Assembly: GCA_963663275.1 (NCBI GenBank)
Contig: OY760183.1
Coordinates: forward strand, 832,001-896,000
Direction of reading: 5' to 3'
Source: Chloroflexota bacterium
Lineage (GTDB): Bacteria > Chloroflexota > UBA11872 > VXOZ01
DNA length: 64,000 nt
Under the pieces are notes generated by a model, which was not told where the DNA came from, ran no database searches, and saw only the letters and a list, made by a program, of their open reading frames with translations. The position numbers were made by a program, and so were the translations under genes. Shown piece after piece: positions 9,302 to 17,356 of this stretch; position 1 is the stretch's first letter; the number at the start of each line of letters is the position of its first letter.

Positions 9302-9572
9302 CAATGCTGTCCGCGTAAAACCTGATGGGTTCCGCCCTCCCCGTTCGTGCTGAGCACTTCGGCAAGCTCAGCACAGGCCTGTCGAAGTACGAGCGGGGGA
9401 AACCGCATCGCAAACCCTACTCCGTTCTCCGCGCCATTCACCCTTCGACGTAGCTCAGGGCGAACGGGGAGAACAACGGGGCGAACAACGGGGCGAACGG
9501 GGCGAACAACAGGGCGAATGGGGCGAACAACGGGGCGAACGGCACGCGCGAGGGGCTAATGCGACAGAATTG
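9302..9572. mobile_element. Composite MITE-like element with AATGCTGTC..GACAG(C/A)ATT ends, internal CTTCGAC..CTCAG palindromes and a short tandem array
   Basis: Imperfect inverted ends CAATGCTGTC / GCGACAGAATTG are shared with the elements at 31890 and 32281; GGGGCGAAC(AAC) tandem at about 9458-9542. Confidence 0.55.
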
Positions 9573-9689
9573 CCGGACATCCCCGCCTTTCGCGGCCCGT
9601 ATTCCCGGCGCCGTCTCCGCTCCCGCGGCTTTCTGTTCGCCGCGACCGCCATGCCTGCGGTGGGAGCGCGCGGCAGAAGCGGAAGATCC

Positions 9690-11096
9690 TCACACGTTCA
9701 GGGGAAGGCGAAGAGTCACGGTGGCGCCCTTACCGGGGCCGTCGCTGGCGATGGCAACGGCGCCTCCATGCGCTTCGACTATGGCTCGGGTGATGGCCAG
9801 TCCCAGACCTGAGCCGCCTATCCCGCGACTGCGAGACCGGCCGGTACGGTAGAAGCGGTCGAAGACGTGGGGAAGGTCCGCGGCGTGGATGCCGGCCCCG
9901 TCATCGCGGATCGAGATCGCCAGCGTCTCGTCGCTTTCCAGCCCGGCCTCGAGCGCGACACTCCCGCCGGCCTCGGCGCTATCGAGGGCGTTGCGCACGA
10001 CGTTTCCCAACGCCTGGCTCAGGCGCGCCCGGTCGAGGCGCACGTCCGGGAGTTCGCCGGACACCTGGAGCGACAATGCAATCTGCCGGGCTTGACATTG
10101 TGTCTGCCAGCGGTCGACTTCCACGGTGAGCAGTTCGTGGATCGAGCTTGTCTCAAGTTCCATCCTCAGAGCGCCATAGTCCGTCTCCGCAAGCGCGCTC
10201 AGATCGGTCGCGAGGCCCCGCAGCCTTGCTACCTCCTGGATTATGTGGCCGGAGGCGCTCGCAGGCGTCTGCAATCCATCGCGCAGCCCTTGCGCTTCCA
10301 GTTGTATGACGCTCAGCGGCGTATTCAGTTCGTGGGAGACATCGTCGATCAACCGTCTTCGGAGTGCGCGCTGCGTTGCCAGGGCGGCGGTCATGCGGTT
10401 GAATGCCGCGCTCATTTGCCCCAACTCATCGGAGGATGCGACCGGCAACTGAGCGGTATCTCCCCGCGCGATTGCCTGGGTTGCCTTCGTCAGCGCCGTC
10501 ACCGGGGCCGTGATCCGGCTGGACAACCAGGCGGCCAGCAGAATAGCGGCGCCGGCCGCCAACATGCCGCCAACGAGGGTGATGTACAGGAGCGCGTTGA
10601 GCAACCCGTGCGACTCGGTCGCCAGGAACTCATGGCCCACGTCCACGTAGACTTGGCCCACGGGTTGATTCGTCGCCAGATCGAACACGGTTTCGGGATG
10701 CCCGTCCAGATTAGGCGCGACCGTTGCGGTTGACAGTTCGGAAAAATTGTCCCGCACCACCCGGCCATCGCTGCCAACGACGACGACCCGTATCGGATCT
10801 CTGTGAAAAAGCTCGAAAGATTCTCCCTCACTCCCTTCCGTTCGCTCCCTCTGGGCGCTTTCGTAGCTGTAGCCGGCTTCGGATAGCGCCCTGTCCACCG
10901 TGTTCCAACCACCGGCAGCGGTATACTCCCGGCTCAGATTCCGGGCTAACCGGCTCGCCTCATCAGCGCCAATCCGGTCTACGAACACACCCAGACGGTA
11001 CCGGGTTGCGAAATAGCCCACGCCGAGGTTGATGAGGACGGTAAGGACGATGACACAGACTACCGAAGCCAAAATACGCCAGCGCAGCGACATCAT
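9690..11096 (-). CDS. HAMP-domain sensor histidine kinase (BaeS-like)
   Basis: Two TM helices, HAMP, H-box DVSHELNTPL, HATPase N/G boxes (DDGAGI, GGSGLGLAI). Confidence 0.92.
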   Translation of the reverse strand: MMSLRWRILASVVCVIVLTVLINLGVGYFATRYRLGVFVDRIGADEASRLARNLSREYTAAGGWNTVDRALSEAGYSYESAQRERTEGSEGESFELFHRDPIRVVVVGSDGRVVRDNFSELSTATVAPNLDGHPETVFDLATNQPVGQVYVDVGHEFLATESHGLLNALLYITLVGGMLAAGAAILLAAWLSSRITAPVTALTKATQAIARGDTAQLPVASSDELGQMSAAFNRMTAALATQRALRRRLIDDVSHELNTPLSVIQLEAQGLRDGLQTPASASGHIIQEVARLRGLATDLSALAETDYGALRMELETSSIHELLTVEVDRWQTQCQARQIALSLQVSGELPDVRLDRARLSQALGNVVRNALDSAEAGGSVALEAGLESDETLAISIRDDGAGIHAADLPHVFDRFYRTGRSRSRGIGGSGLGLAITRAIVEAHGGAVAIASDGPGKGATVTLRLPLNV

Positions 11097-11770
11097 GCGT
11101 TCTCCACCACGAACTTGTAACCGGCGCCGTAGACGGTCTGGATGGGCTGCCTGCCGTCGCGGTTGATCTGCTTTCGCAGGCGGGCGATCTGGCTGTCGAC
11201 GGCGCGGTCGAACCCGTCGAAATCGTCGTTGAAGGTCAACGAGATAAGCTGATCGCGGCTGAGCAACTGGTTGGGATGGCGCATGAACGTCGCCAGCAGA
11301 GCAAATTGCGCCTGGCTCAGCGTCACGGGTTCCTCATTGACCGTCACACTCCGCGTGGTCTCATTCAACGTGATAGAGCCGCGTGTCAGCACGTGCCGGA
11401 CTCTACCCTCCACGCGGCGCAGCACGGCTTCGGCGCGCGCAATGACTTCTTCCGGAGCGAAAGGCTTGACGATGTAATCGTCGGCTCCGCTGTCCAGTCC
11501 GTTGATGCGTTCGGCGGGGGCTTCCCTGGCCGTCAGCATGATAATCGGGACTTCCGATTCCCGGCGCAGGGTTCTGCATAACTCCACGCCGTCCAGGCGC
11601 GGAAGCATCAAGTCGAGGACGATCAGATCCGGCGTGAGATTACGAGCCAAGGCCAGGCCGGACGCGCCGTCATGAGCAACTTCGGCGCAGTATCCGGCGC
11701 GCTCGAAGTAAACCCTGACCCAGTTCGCGATCCGCGTGTCGTCTTCGACTATCAATACCGTGCGGCTCAT
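11093..11770 (-). CDS. OmpR-family response regulator
   Basis: IVEDD, DLMLP, ADDYIVKPF, and winged helix IQTVYGAGYKF. Confidence 0.92.
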   Translation of the reverse strand: MSRTVLIVEDDTRIANWVRVYFERAGYCAEVAHDGASGLALARNLTPDLIVLDLMLPRLDGVELCRTLRRESEVPIIMLTAREAPAERINGLDSGADDYIVKPFAPEEVIARAEAVLRRVEGRVRHVLTRGSITLNETTRSVTVNEEPVTLSQAQFALLATFMRHPNQLLSRDQLISLTFNDDFDGFDRAVDSQIARLRKQINRDGRQPIQTVYGAGYKFVVENA

Positions 11771-11901
11771 CGCCAGTCCTCTTGGGGCCATAGTGGACGC
11801 GATGCCTCAATGAGGCATCGCGTCCGGCTACGGGATACTGCCACGGTCGAATTATATTCCTTGCGATTTTAACCTGCTCCGTCGGCTGAGTCCGAGCGGC
11901 C

Positions 11902-12978
11902 CTAACCGCCTCCGCTTTGCTCGCCGCCGGCGCCGTGTTCGCCGCCGGACCCTCCGCCACTGCCATGCTCGCCGCCACCTTCGCCGCCCGACTCGCTTCC
12001 CACGCCGCCGCCGACTTCCGCGTGCGCTATCCACCCGGTGAACGCTGCCGCCGTCGCGGCCAGGTTGACCGCTGCCACTTCGCCCGGAGCCATGTCAAGC
12101 GGAGTCGTCGGGCCAAGTTCCGCTCCGTTCGATAAATGCACCTCGATTCTAACGCGGCGCAGGACGCCGTCGGTGGTGTTCTCCACCGTGCCCTTGAAGG
12201 TATTGCTGGGAGCGTCATACTTGAGGATCAGCCGGGCGCCGCCGCGGACCACGTCGAAGGTCTCATCCGGCGCCAGGAAATTGCCGTTGCCTTCATCGCC
12301 GCCGGATGCGGCAGATTCACCACCACTTTCGCCACCGGCGGCTTCCGTGCCTTCGCCTCCGGTGTGCGCTACCGGGCCGGGGCCGCCGCAGTCGAATACT
12401 TCCAGGTGGACGACGTATCCGTCGTAGAAAACTCCCGCCAGTTTCGGTTCACTGGCAACCGACAGGCCGGACGTTGCTTCCTGTCCGGGACTCAGGTGTC
12501 CCAGCTTCTCCGGGCCAAGCTCTCCTACCGTCTTCGTCCCTGACTTCAGATGCGGTTCGGCTTGCACGTAGCAAAGCCGCTGCGCGAGCGAGTTGCGCAC
12601 TGTCGCGCGGACGGTCCGGGTGGCGGCCTCGTACCGGGCGGAAACGGCCAATCCGCCGAGGACACCGCGCCACGACTGCTCGAGAGGAACGATAGGGCTC
12701 GACATCGCGGCTTCCCCGGTCTCTCCACCGCCGTCCGAAGCGGTACCGCCATTGCCGCGTTCGCTGGATTCGTTGTTTGCACGTCCACTGCCGTGCTCGC
12801 CGCCGGAGTGGGCGCCCTCGCGCGCGGCGATGCCTCGACTTTCCGCGGCGCGGCCGGCAGCTTGTCCGTCTCGGTGGCCGGTAGCCACCGCACAGCCGCT
12901 AATCATCATCGCGGCGAGAATTGCCGCTGCAACCGGCAGAATGAGCAACTCTCGCGTCTTCCGCTTCTTCCGAATCAT
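11902..12978 (-). CDS. Putative lipoprotein with two homologous beta domains and Gly/Glu/His-rich linkers
   Basis: Basic N-terminus, hydrophobic stretch and ISGC lipobox; internal repeat (Y..T..TV.N...V..E.HL..G..ELGP); GGEHG repeats. Confidence 0.7.
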   Translation of the reverse strand: MIRKKRKTRELLILPVAAAILAAMMISGCAVATGHRDGQAAGRAAESRGIAAREGAHSGGEHGSGRANNESSERGNGGTASDGGGETGEAAMSSPIVPLEQSWRGVLGGLAVSARYEAATRTVRATVRNSLAQRLCYVQAEPHLKSGTKTVGELGPEKLGHLSPGQEATSGLSVASEPKLAGVFYDGYVVHLEVFDCGGPGPVAHTGGEGTEAAGGESGGESAASGGDEGNGNFLAPDETFDVVRGGARLILKYDAPSNTFKGTVENTTDGVLRRVRIEVHLSNGAELGPTTPLDMAPGEVAAVNLAATAAAFTGWIAHAEVGGGVGSESGGEGGGEHGSGGGSGGEHGAGGEQSGGG

Positions 12979-13140
12979 CCTGTCGCCTCCTTCGTGAAGT
13001 ATCTGTAATACTCCCCACGATAGAGGTGAATTGTGGCAGAATTATGTCGTGCCGCGGCCGTGACCGGCCTGCGGCGCGTCAGCCAACGTGGTACCATTGC
13101 CGCCAGAAAACATGTGTCGGCTAACGAGGATGGGTAGGCT

Positions 13141-13977
13141 ATGGCATTCCGGTACGCGTTCTGCAACGAGGCCTTCGAGGATTGGGAATTCGGGCGCATC
13201 TGCGACTATCTGGCCGAGCACGGCTATGAGGGGATCGAGGCGGCGCCGTTTACGTTCGAGCAATCGGTCTTCGACATCACACCCGAGCAACGCGCGGGCG
13301 CGCGGCAGGCGGCCGCCAACGCCGGACTGGAGATCGTGGGGCTGCACTGGCTCCTGGTCGGGCCGGACGGCTTGCATCTCACGCATCCCGACGCGGCGGT
13401 GCGGCAGCGCACGGCGGACTACCTGCGGGGTCTGATCGCCCTCGGCCACGACATGAACGCGCCGTATCTCATCTTTGGCTCGCCCAACCAGCGCAACCTG
13501 CCGGAGGGCGTGGACTACGAGCAGGGCATGGCGTTCGCGGCGGAGGTCTTTCAAAGCGTCTGCGACGAGGCGCAGCAAGCCGGTACCATGATTGCCATCG
13601 AGCCGCTCGCGCCGCCGCTCTGCCAGTTCATCACCACCGCGGCGCAGGGCGCGGACCTGGTGCGCCGCGTGAACCATCCCGCGTTCACGCTGCACCTGGA
13701 CGTGAAAGCCATGGAGAGCGGCGAATCCCAGCCGCCCGCCGACGTCATTCGCGCGCACGCCGGCGCGTTCCCGCACTTCCACGCCAACGACGAGAACATG
13801 AAAGGGCCCGGCTTTGGCGCTACCGACTTCGTGCCTATCATGCAGGCCCTGAGCGACACCGGCTACGACGGCTACGTCTCCATCGAGATCTTCGAGTTCG
13901 ACCCCCATGCGTCCGTGCAGGCGCGGGAGGGCATACGCCACCTGCGGGAGTGCGCGGCGCAGGTGGAGAGCGGCTAA
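13141..13977 (+). CDS. Sugar phosphate isomerase/epimerase (xylose isomerase-like TIM barrel)
   Basis: IAIEPL, LHLDVKAM, HFHAND..GPGFG, YDGYVSIE motifs. Confidence 0.88.
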   Translation: MAFRYAFCNEAFEDWEFGRICDYLAEHGYEGIEAAPFTFEQSVFDITPEQRAGARQAAANAGLEIVGLHWLLVGPDGLHLTHPDAAVRQRTADYLRGLIALGHDMNAPYLIFGSPNQRNLPEGVDYEQGMAFAAEVFQSVCDEAQQAGTMIAIEPLAPPLCQFITTAAQGADLVRRVNHPAFTLHLDVKAMESGESQPPADVIRAHAGAFPHFHANDENMKGPGFGATDFVPIMQALSDTGYDGYVSIEIFEFDPHASVQAREGIRHLRECAAQVESG

Positions 13978-14033
13978 GGCCGCCTGAGCATTGGCAACGA
14001 TTCTTTCGCTTACTCTTGGAGAAGGACAACGGC

Positions 14034-15197
14034 ATGGCAAGCAAGCAATTCACCGTTCACGCCGGCAATCACGACCGCAATGAGTGTCCGGTCTGGGCAG
14101 CCGCCGGCGGCCTGGACGCCGGGGCGAGTTACGTTGTGCGCGACGACGAGACCGGCGCAGACCTGCCCGCGCAGGTCGTGGCGGGCGACTCCGGCGCACA
14201 GTTGGTGTGGGTTGTGCCCGCCCTGGACGCGGGCGCATCACGGACGTACACGGTCCACGAAGGGACGGCCCAGGGCGGCGTGACGGTTGCCGAGGGCGAG
14301 CACGGCGTGGACGTCCACGTGGACGGCGCGCTCTTCACCACCTACCGCTACGCCCCGCCGGTGGTGAAGCCCTATCTCTATCCCGTCATCGGCCCCACCG
14401 GCCAGGGCATGACGCGCAACTATCCCATGATTCCCGACGTGGCGGGGGAGAAGCACGACCATCCCCACCACAAGTCCATCTACGTCTCCCACGGCGACGT
14501 GAACGGCGCGGACGTGTGGAGCGAGGTGGAAGGCCACGGCTACCAACGGCACACGGCGTTCCTGCCGGCCTACGGCGATTGCGGCGGGCACGCCGGTGGG
14601 CCGGTGCTGGGCGCGCTGCGCTCGACCAATAATTGGACCGGGCCGGACGAACAGACGGTGGTGGAGGACGAGCGGCGCTTTACGTTCTATCCCCTGGCTT
14701 CCGGCGCGCGGCTGATCGACGTGGAGATCACGTTCCACGCCACGGCGGGGCCGGTGCGCTTTGGCGATACCAAAGAAGGCGGCGTCATCGCGCTGCGGGT
14801 CGCCACCAGCATGGACGCCTCAGACGATGGCCGCATGGAGAACGCGATCGGCGGCATTGGCGAGGCGGAGTGCTGGGGCAAGCGGGCGCAATGGCTGGAC
14901 TATACCGGCCCGGTGGACGGGCAAACGCTAGGCTTTGCGGTCTACGACCATCCTTCCAGCTTCCGCCACCCGACGTACTGGCACGCCCGCAACTACGGCC
15001 TCTTCACCGCCAATCCTTTCGGCCTGCACGACTTCTACGCCGATCCCGGCGTGGACGGCAGCCACGTGCTGCCCGAGGGCGGCCGGCTGCGCTTCAAGTA
15101 CCGCATCTACGTCCATGCCGGCGATACGGCTACGGCGCAGGTGGCGCAGCGGTACCACGACTACATCACGCCGCCGGAGGTCACCGCGGCGGAATAG
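14034..15197 (+). CDS. DUF6807/'PmoA-like' family protein (carbohydrate-associated beta-sandwich)
   Basis: KPYLYPV.GPTG..MTRNYP...DHPHHKS, FGDTKEGG and WHARNYGLFTANPFG motifs. Confidence 0.75.
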   Translation: MASKQFTVHAGNHDRNECPVWAAAGGLDAGASYVVRDDETGADLPAQVVAGDSGAQLVWVVPALDAGASRTYTVHEGTAQGGVTVAEGEHGVDVHVDGALFTTYRYAPPVVKPYLYPVIGPTGQGMTRNYPMIPDVAGEKHDHPHHKSIYVSHGDVNGADVWSEVEGHGYQRHTAFLPAYGDCGGHAGGPVLGALRSTNNWTGPDEQTVVEDERRFTFYPLASGARLIDVEITFHATAGPVRFGDTKEGGVIALRVATSMDASDDGRMENAIGGIGEAECWGKRAQWLDYTGPVDGQTLGFAVYDHPSSFRHPTYWHARNYGLFTANPFGLHDFYADPGVDGSHVLPEGGRLRFKYRIYVHAGDTATAQVAQRYHDYITPPEVTAAE

Positions 15198-15238
15198 GCC
15201 GGGGCCGTCTCCGGTTGGCGGACAGTGCTTCTTCCTAT

Positions 15239-15380
15239 GAAGACCTTTGCATAACCCCTTCCCCATCGAGGGGGAAGGCCGGGATGGGGGTGAAATGAAT
15301 TGACTTCATGCTGTCTTTAGTTGCAAAAGTGCCCTGGATTCCGGCTTTCGCCGGAATGACAGAGTTATTCAAAGGTCTCC
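15239..15380. mobile_element. MITE with IS5-like terminal inverted repeats (GAGACCTTTG.ATAAC), copy 1
   Basis: TIRs AGACCTTTGCATAAC / GTTATTCAAAGGTCT, flanked by (C)TAT direct repeats; full-length homologue in reverse orientation at 42035-42175. Confidence 0.75.
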
Positions 15381-15428
15381 TATGGGATTAGTAGCATTAG
15401 ACTTGGCAGCACTGCAGGGACGCGCTTC

Positions 15429-15514
15429 TGTCATTCCGAGCGGAGCGGAGCGCAGCGAGGAATCTAGGGATCCTCGCACACGAGATTCTTCGTCGCTGCG
15501 CTCCTCAGAATGAC
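15429..15514. repeat. Inverted pair of RPE-like palindromes
   Basis: TGTCATTCCGAGCGGAGCG..GAGGAATCT ... AGATTCTTCGTCGCTGCGCTCCTCAGAATGACA. Confidence 0.75.
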
Positions 15515-15547
15515 AGATAGAGCAGTCGCCTTTGGTGTCGCCGCGAG

Positions 15548-15699
15548 CAACGGCCCGCCTGTCTCCGCAAGAACAACGGCCCGGCTGTCTCCGCAAGAAC
15601 AACGGTCCGCTTGTCTCCGCAAGAACAACGGCTTGCCTGTCTCCGCAAGAACAACGGCCCGCTTGTCTCCGCAAGAGCAACGGCCCGCCTGTCTCCGCA
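15548..15699. repeat. Tandem array, 26-nt unit, about 6 copies
   Basis: Head-to-tail CAACGGCCCGCCTGTCTCCGCAAGAA with few substitutions. Confidence 0.95.
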
Positions 15700-15741
15700 C
15701 AGTGAGTCCGAATCTACCCAATCCGCTTTCCTGAGCGGGCG

Positions 15742-16923
15742 CTAGTGGTGGAAGAGCCGCAGGTTGGCGAACGCCATCACCATGCCGTATTCGTCGGCGG
15801 CCTGGATTACCTCGTCGTCGCGATTGGAGCCGCCGGTCTGCGCCACGTAGCGCACGCCGCTGCGGGAAGCGCGGTCGACGTTATCGCGGAACGGGAAGAA
15901 GGCGTCGGAACTTAGCGCCACGTCCCGCAGGGTGTCCAGCCAGCGGCGCTTCTCAGCAGGCGTCAGGCGCTCAGGCGGCGCGGTGAACCCTCGCAGCCAG
16001 GCCTCGCTCTCCGCCGGGGTGAGTTCCTCCAGCAGAAAGCGGTCAATGGCGTTGTTGCGTTCGGCGCGTGAGAGCTTTGGCCGCAGGGGCAGTCCCAGCA
16101 CGGCGGGGTGCTGCCGCAGGTACCAGAGATCGGCTTTGGCCGCGGCCAGCCTCGTGCAGTGGATGCGGGACTGCTGGCCCGCGCCCAAGCCGATCACCTG
16201 GCCGTCGTAGGCCAGGCAGACGGAGTTCGATTGCGTGTACTTCACGGCCAGGGTCGCCACCAGCAGATCGCGCACCGCATTGGCGGGCAGCTCCTTCTCA
16301 GCGGTGACGATCTCCTGAAACAACTCCGGCCCCGGCACGCGGTCGTTGCGGCGTTGCTCCAGCGTAACGCCAAAGACCTCCCGCCGTTCCAGCAGCGGCG
16401 GCGCGTAGTCCGGGTCGATCTGCAGCACCAGGTAAGCGCCGCCCTTCTTGCGCCGCAGCATCTCCAGCGCCTCCGGTTCGTAGCCGGGGGCAATCACGCC
16501 GTCGGACACCTCCCGGCGGAGCAGGCGGGCCGTCGGCGTATCCACCACGTCGCTGAGCGCGGCCACGTCGCCAAATGAGGAGACGCTATCGCTGCCGCGC
16601 GCCCGCGCATAGGCCGCCGCCAGGGGAGAGAGCGCCGCCGCGCCCACGGCATAGGCCTGCCGCAGGGAGTCGCTCAGCGGGACGCCCACGGCCGCGCCGG
16701 CCGGGCTGACGTGCTTGAACGAGGCCGCCGCCGGCAGATCCAGGGTTTCCTGAAGTTCCTTGACCAACTGCCAGGCGTTGAGCGCGTCCAGCACGTTGAT
16801 GTAGCCGGGCGCGCCGTTCAGCACGGTGAACGGCAGGGGGCCGCTGCCCTCGGCCCGCAGCGCCCGCGCCGGTGTCTGGTGCGGATTCACGCCGTACCGC
16901 AACGGGAGATCGTAACTGCCCAT
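15742..16923 (-). CDS. purH: AICAR transformylase (short PurH lacking the IMP cyclohydrolase domain)
   Basis: LRYGVNPHQ, ASFKHVSPAG, KYTQSNSVC, GAGQQSRIHCTRLA, SSDAFFPFRDNV, C-terminal RLFHH. Confidence 0.93.
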   Translation of the reverse strand: MGSYDLPLRYGVNPHQTPARALRAEGSGPLPFTVLNGAPGYINVLDALNAWQLVKELQETLDLPAAASFKHVSPAGAAVGVPLSDSLRQAYAVGAAALSPLAAAYARARGSDSVSSFGDVAALSDVVDTPTARLLRREVSDGVIAPGYEPEALEMLRRKKGGAYLVLQIDPDYAPPLLERREVFGVTLEQRRNDRVPGPELFQEIVTAEKELPANAVRDLLVATLAVKYTQSNSVCLAYDGQVIGLGAGQQSRIHCTRLAAAKADLWYLRQHPAVLGLPLRPKLSRAERNNAIDRFLLEELTPAESEAWLRGFTAPPERLTPAEKRRWLDTLRDVALSSDAFFPFRDNVDRASRSGVRYVAQTGGSNRDDEVIQAADEYGMVMAFANLRLFHH

Positions 16924-17084
16924 AGCCCTATCGGTCCTTCCGCGATTGTAGGAGGAATTTCCATCCTGCCGGAGCTTTCATCAATTCACTTCCACTACGT
17001 GACTTGACTGCCTCTACGTGCTTGCCATTGCGTCATTGCCACAAGGACTGTGCCGTTGCGTAACCTCGTCGGCGCGCATTGAAG

Positions 17085-17214
17085 CCCCCTCTCCCCTGGG
17101 AGAGGGCCGGGGTGAGGGGGAATCCTCGTCGGCTCGGCCGTATTCCGCGAGGTTTAGGCACGACTTACCGCACAATCTCCCCTCACCCTAACCCTCTCCC
17201 CCAGGAGAGGGGAC
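17085..17214. repeat. REPIN-like ~130-nt doublet (CCCCTCTCCC..GGGAGAGGG..GGGGTGAGGG / CCCTCACCCTAACCCTCTCCC..GGAGAGGGGAC), copy 1
   Basis: Homologous over its full length, including the spacer, to 28833-28966 and 35239-35525. Confidence 0.85.
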
Positions 17215-17256
17215 AAGAGGCGAGTGCCGACCGGCATAGTACATGAAGCTCGCACT

Positions 17257-17356
17257 AACTCCAGCAGAGTCCCGCGTACGCCAGTAGAGTAACACTTACC
17301 CCAACAGGGTCACGCTTACTCCAGCAAAGTCACGCCTACTCCAACAGAATCACGCT
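17257..17356. repeat. Tandem array, 20-nt unit, 5 copies, derived from the 3' end of the PBP gene
   Basis: Units AACTCCAGCAGAGTCCCGCG / TACGCCAGTAGAGTAACACT / TACCCCAACAGGGTCACGCT / TACTCCAGCAAAGTCACGCC / TACTCCAACAGAATCACGCT; the last encodes SVILLE-stop. Confidence 0.85.

Noticed and set aside
15369-15734. ORFs containing CHSEERSDEES/LDSSLR peptides (also 5837-6077 and 35342-35599)
   Set aside because: Spurious translations of RPE-like palindromes and tandem repeats.
16924-17084. ZMP/ZTP riboswitch upstream of purH
   Set aside because: Could not find the conserved GACUGGCG..GUGG..CCAC..GCCUGGGC elements.
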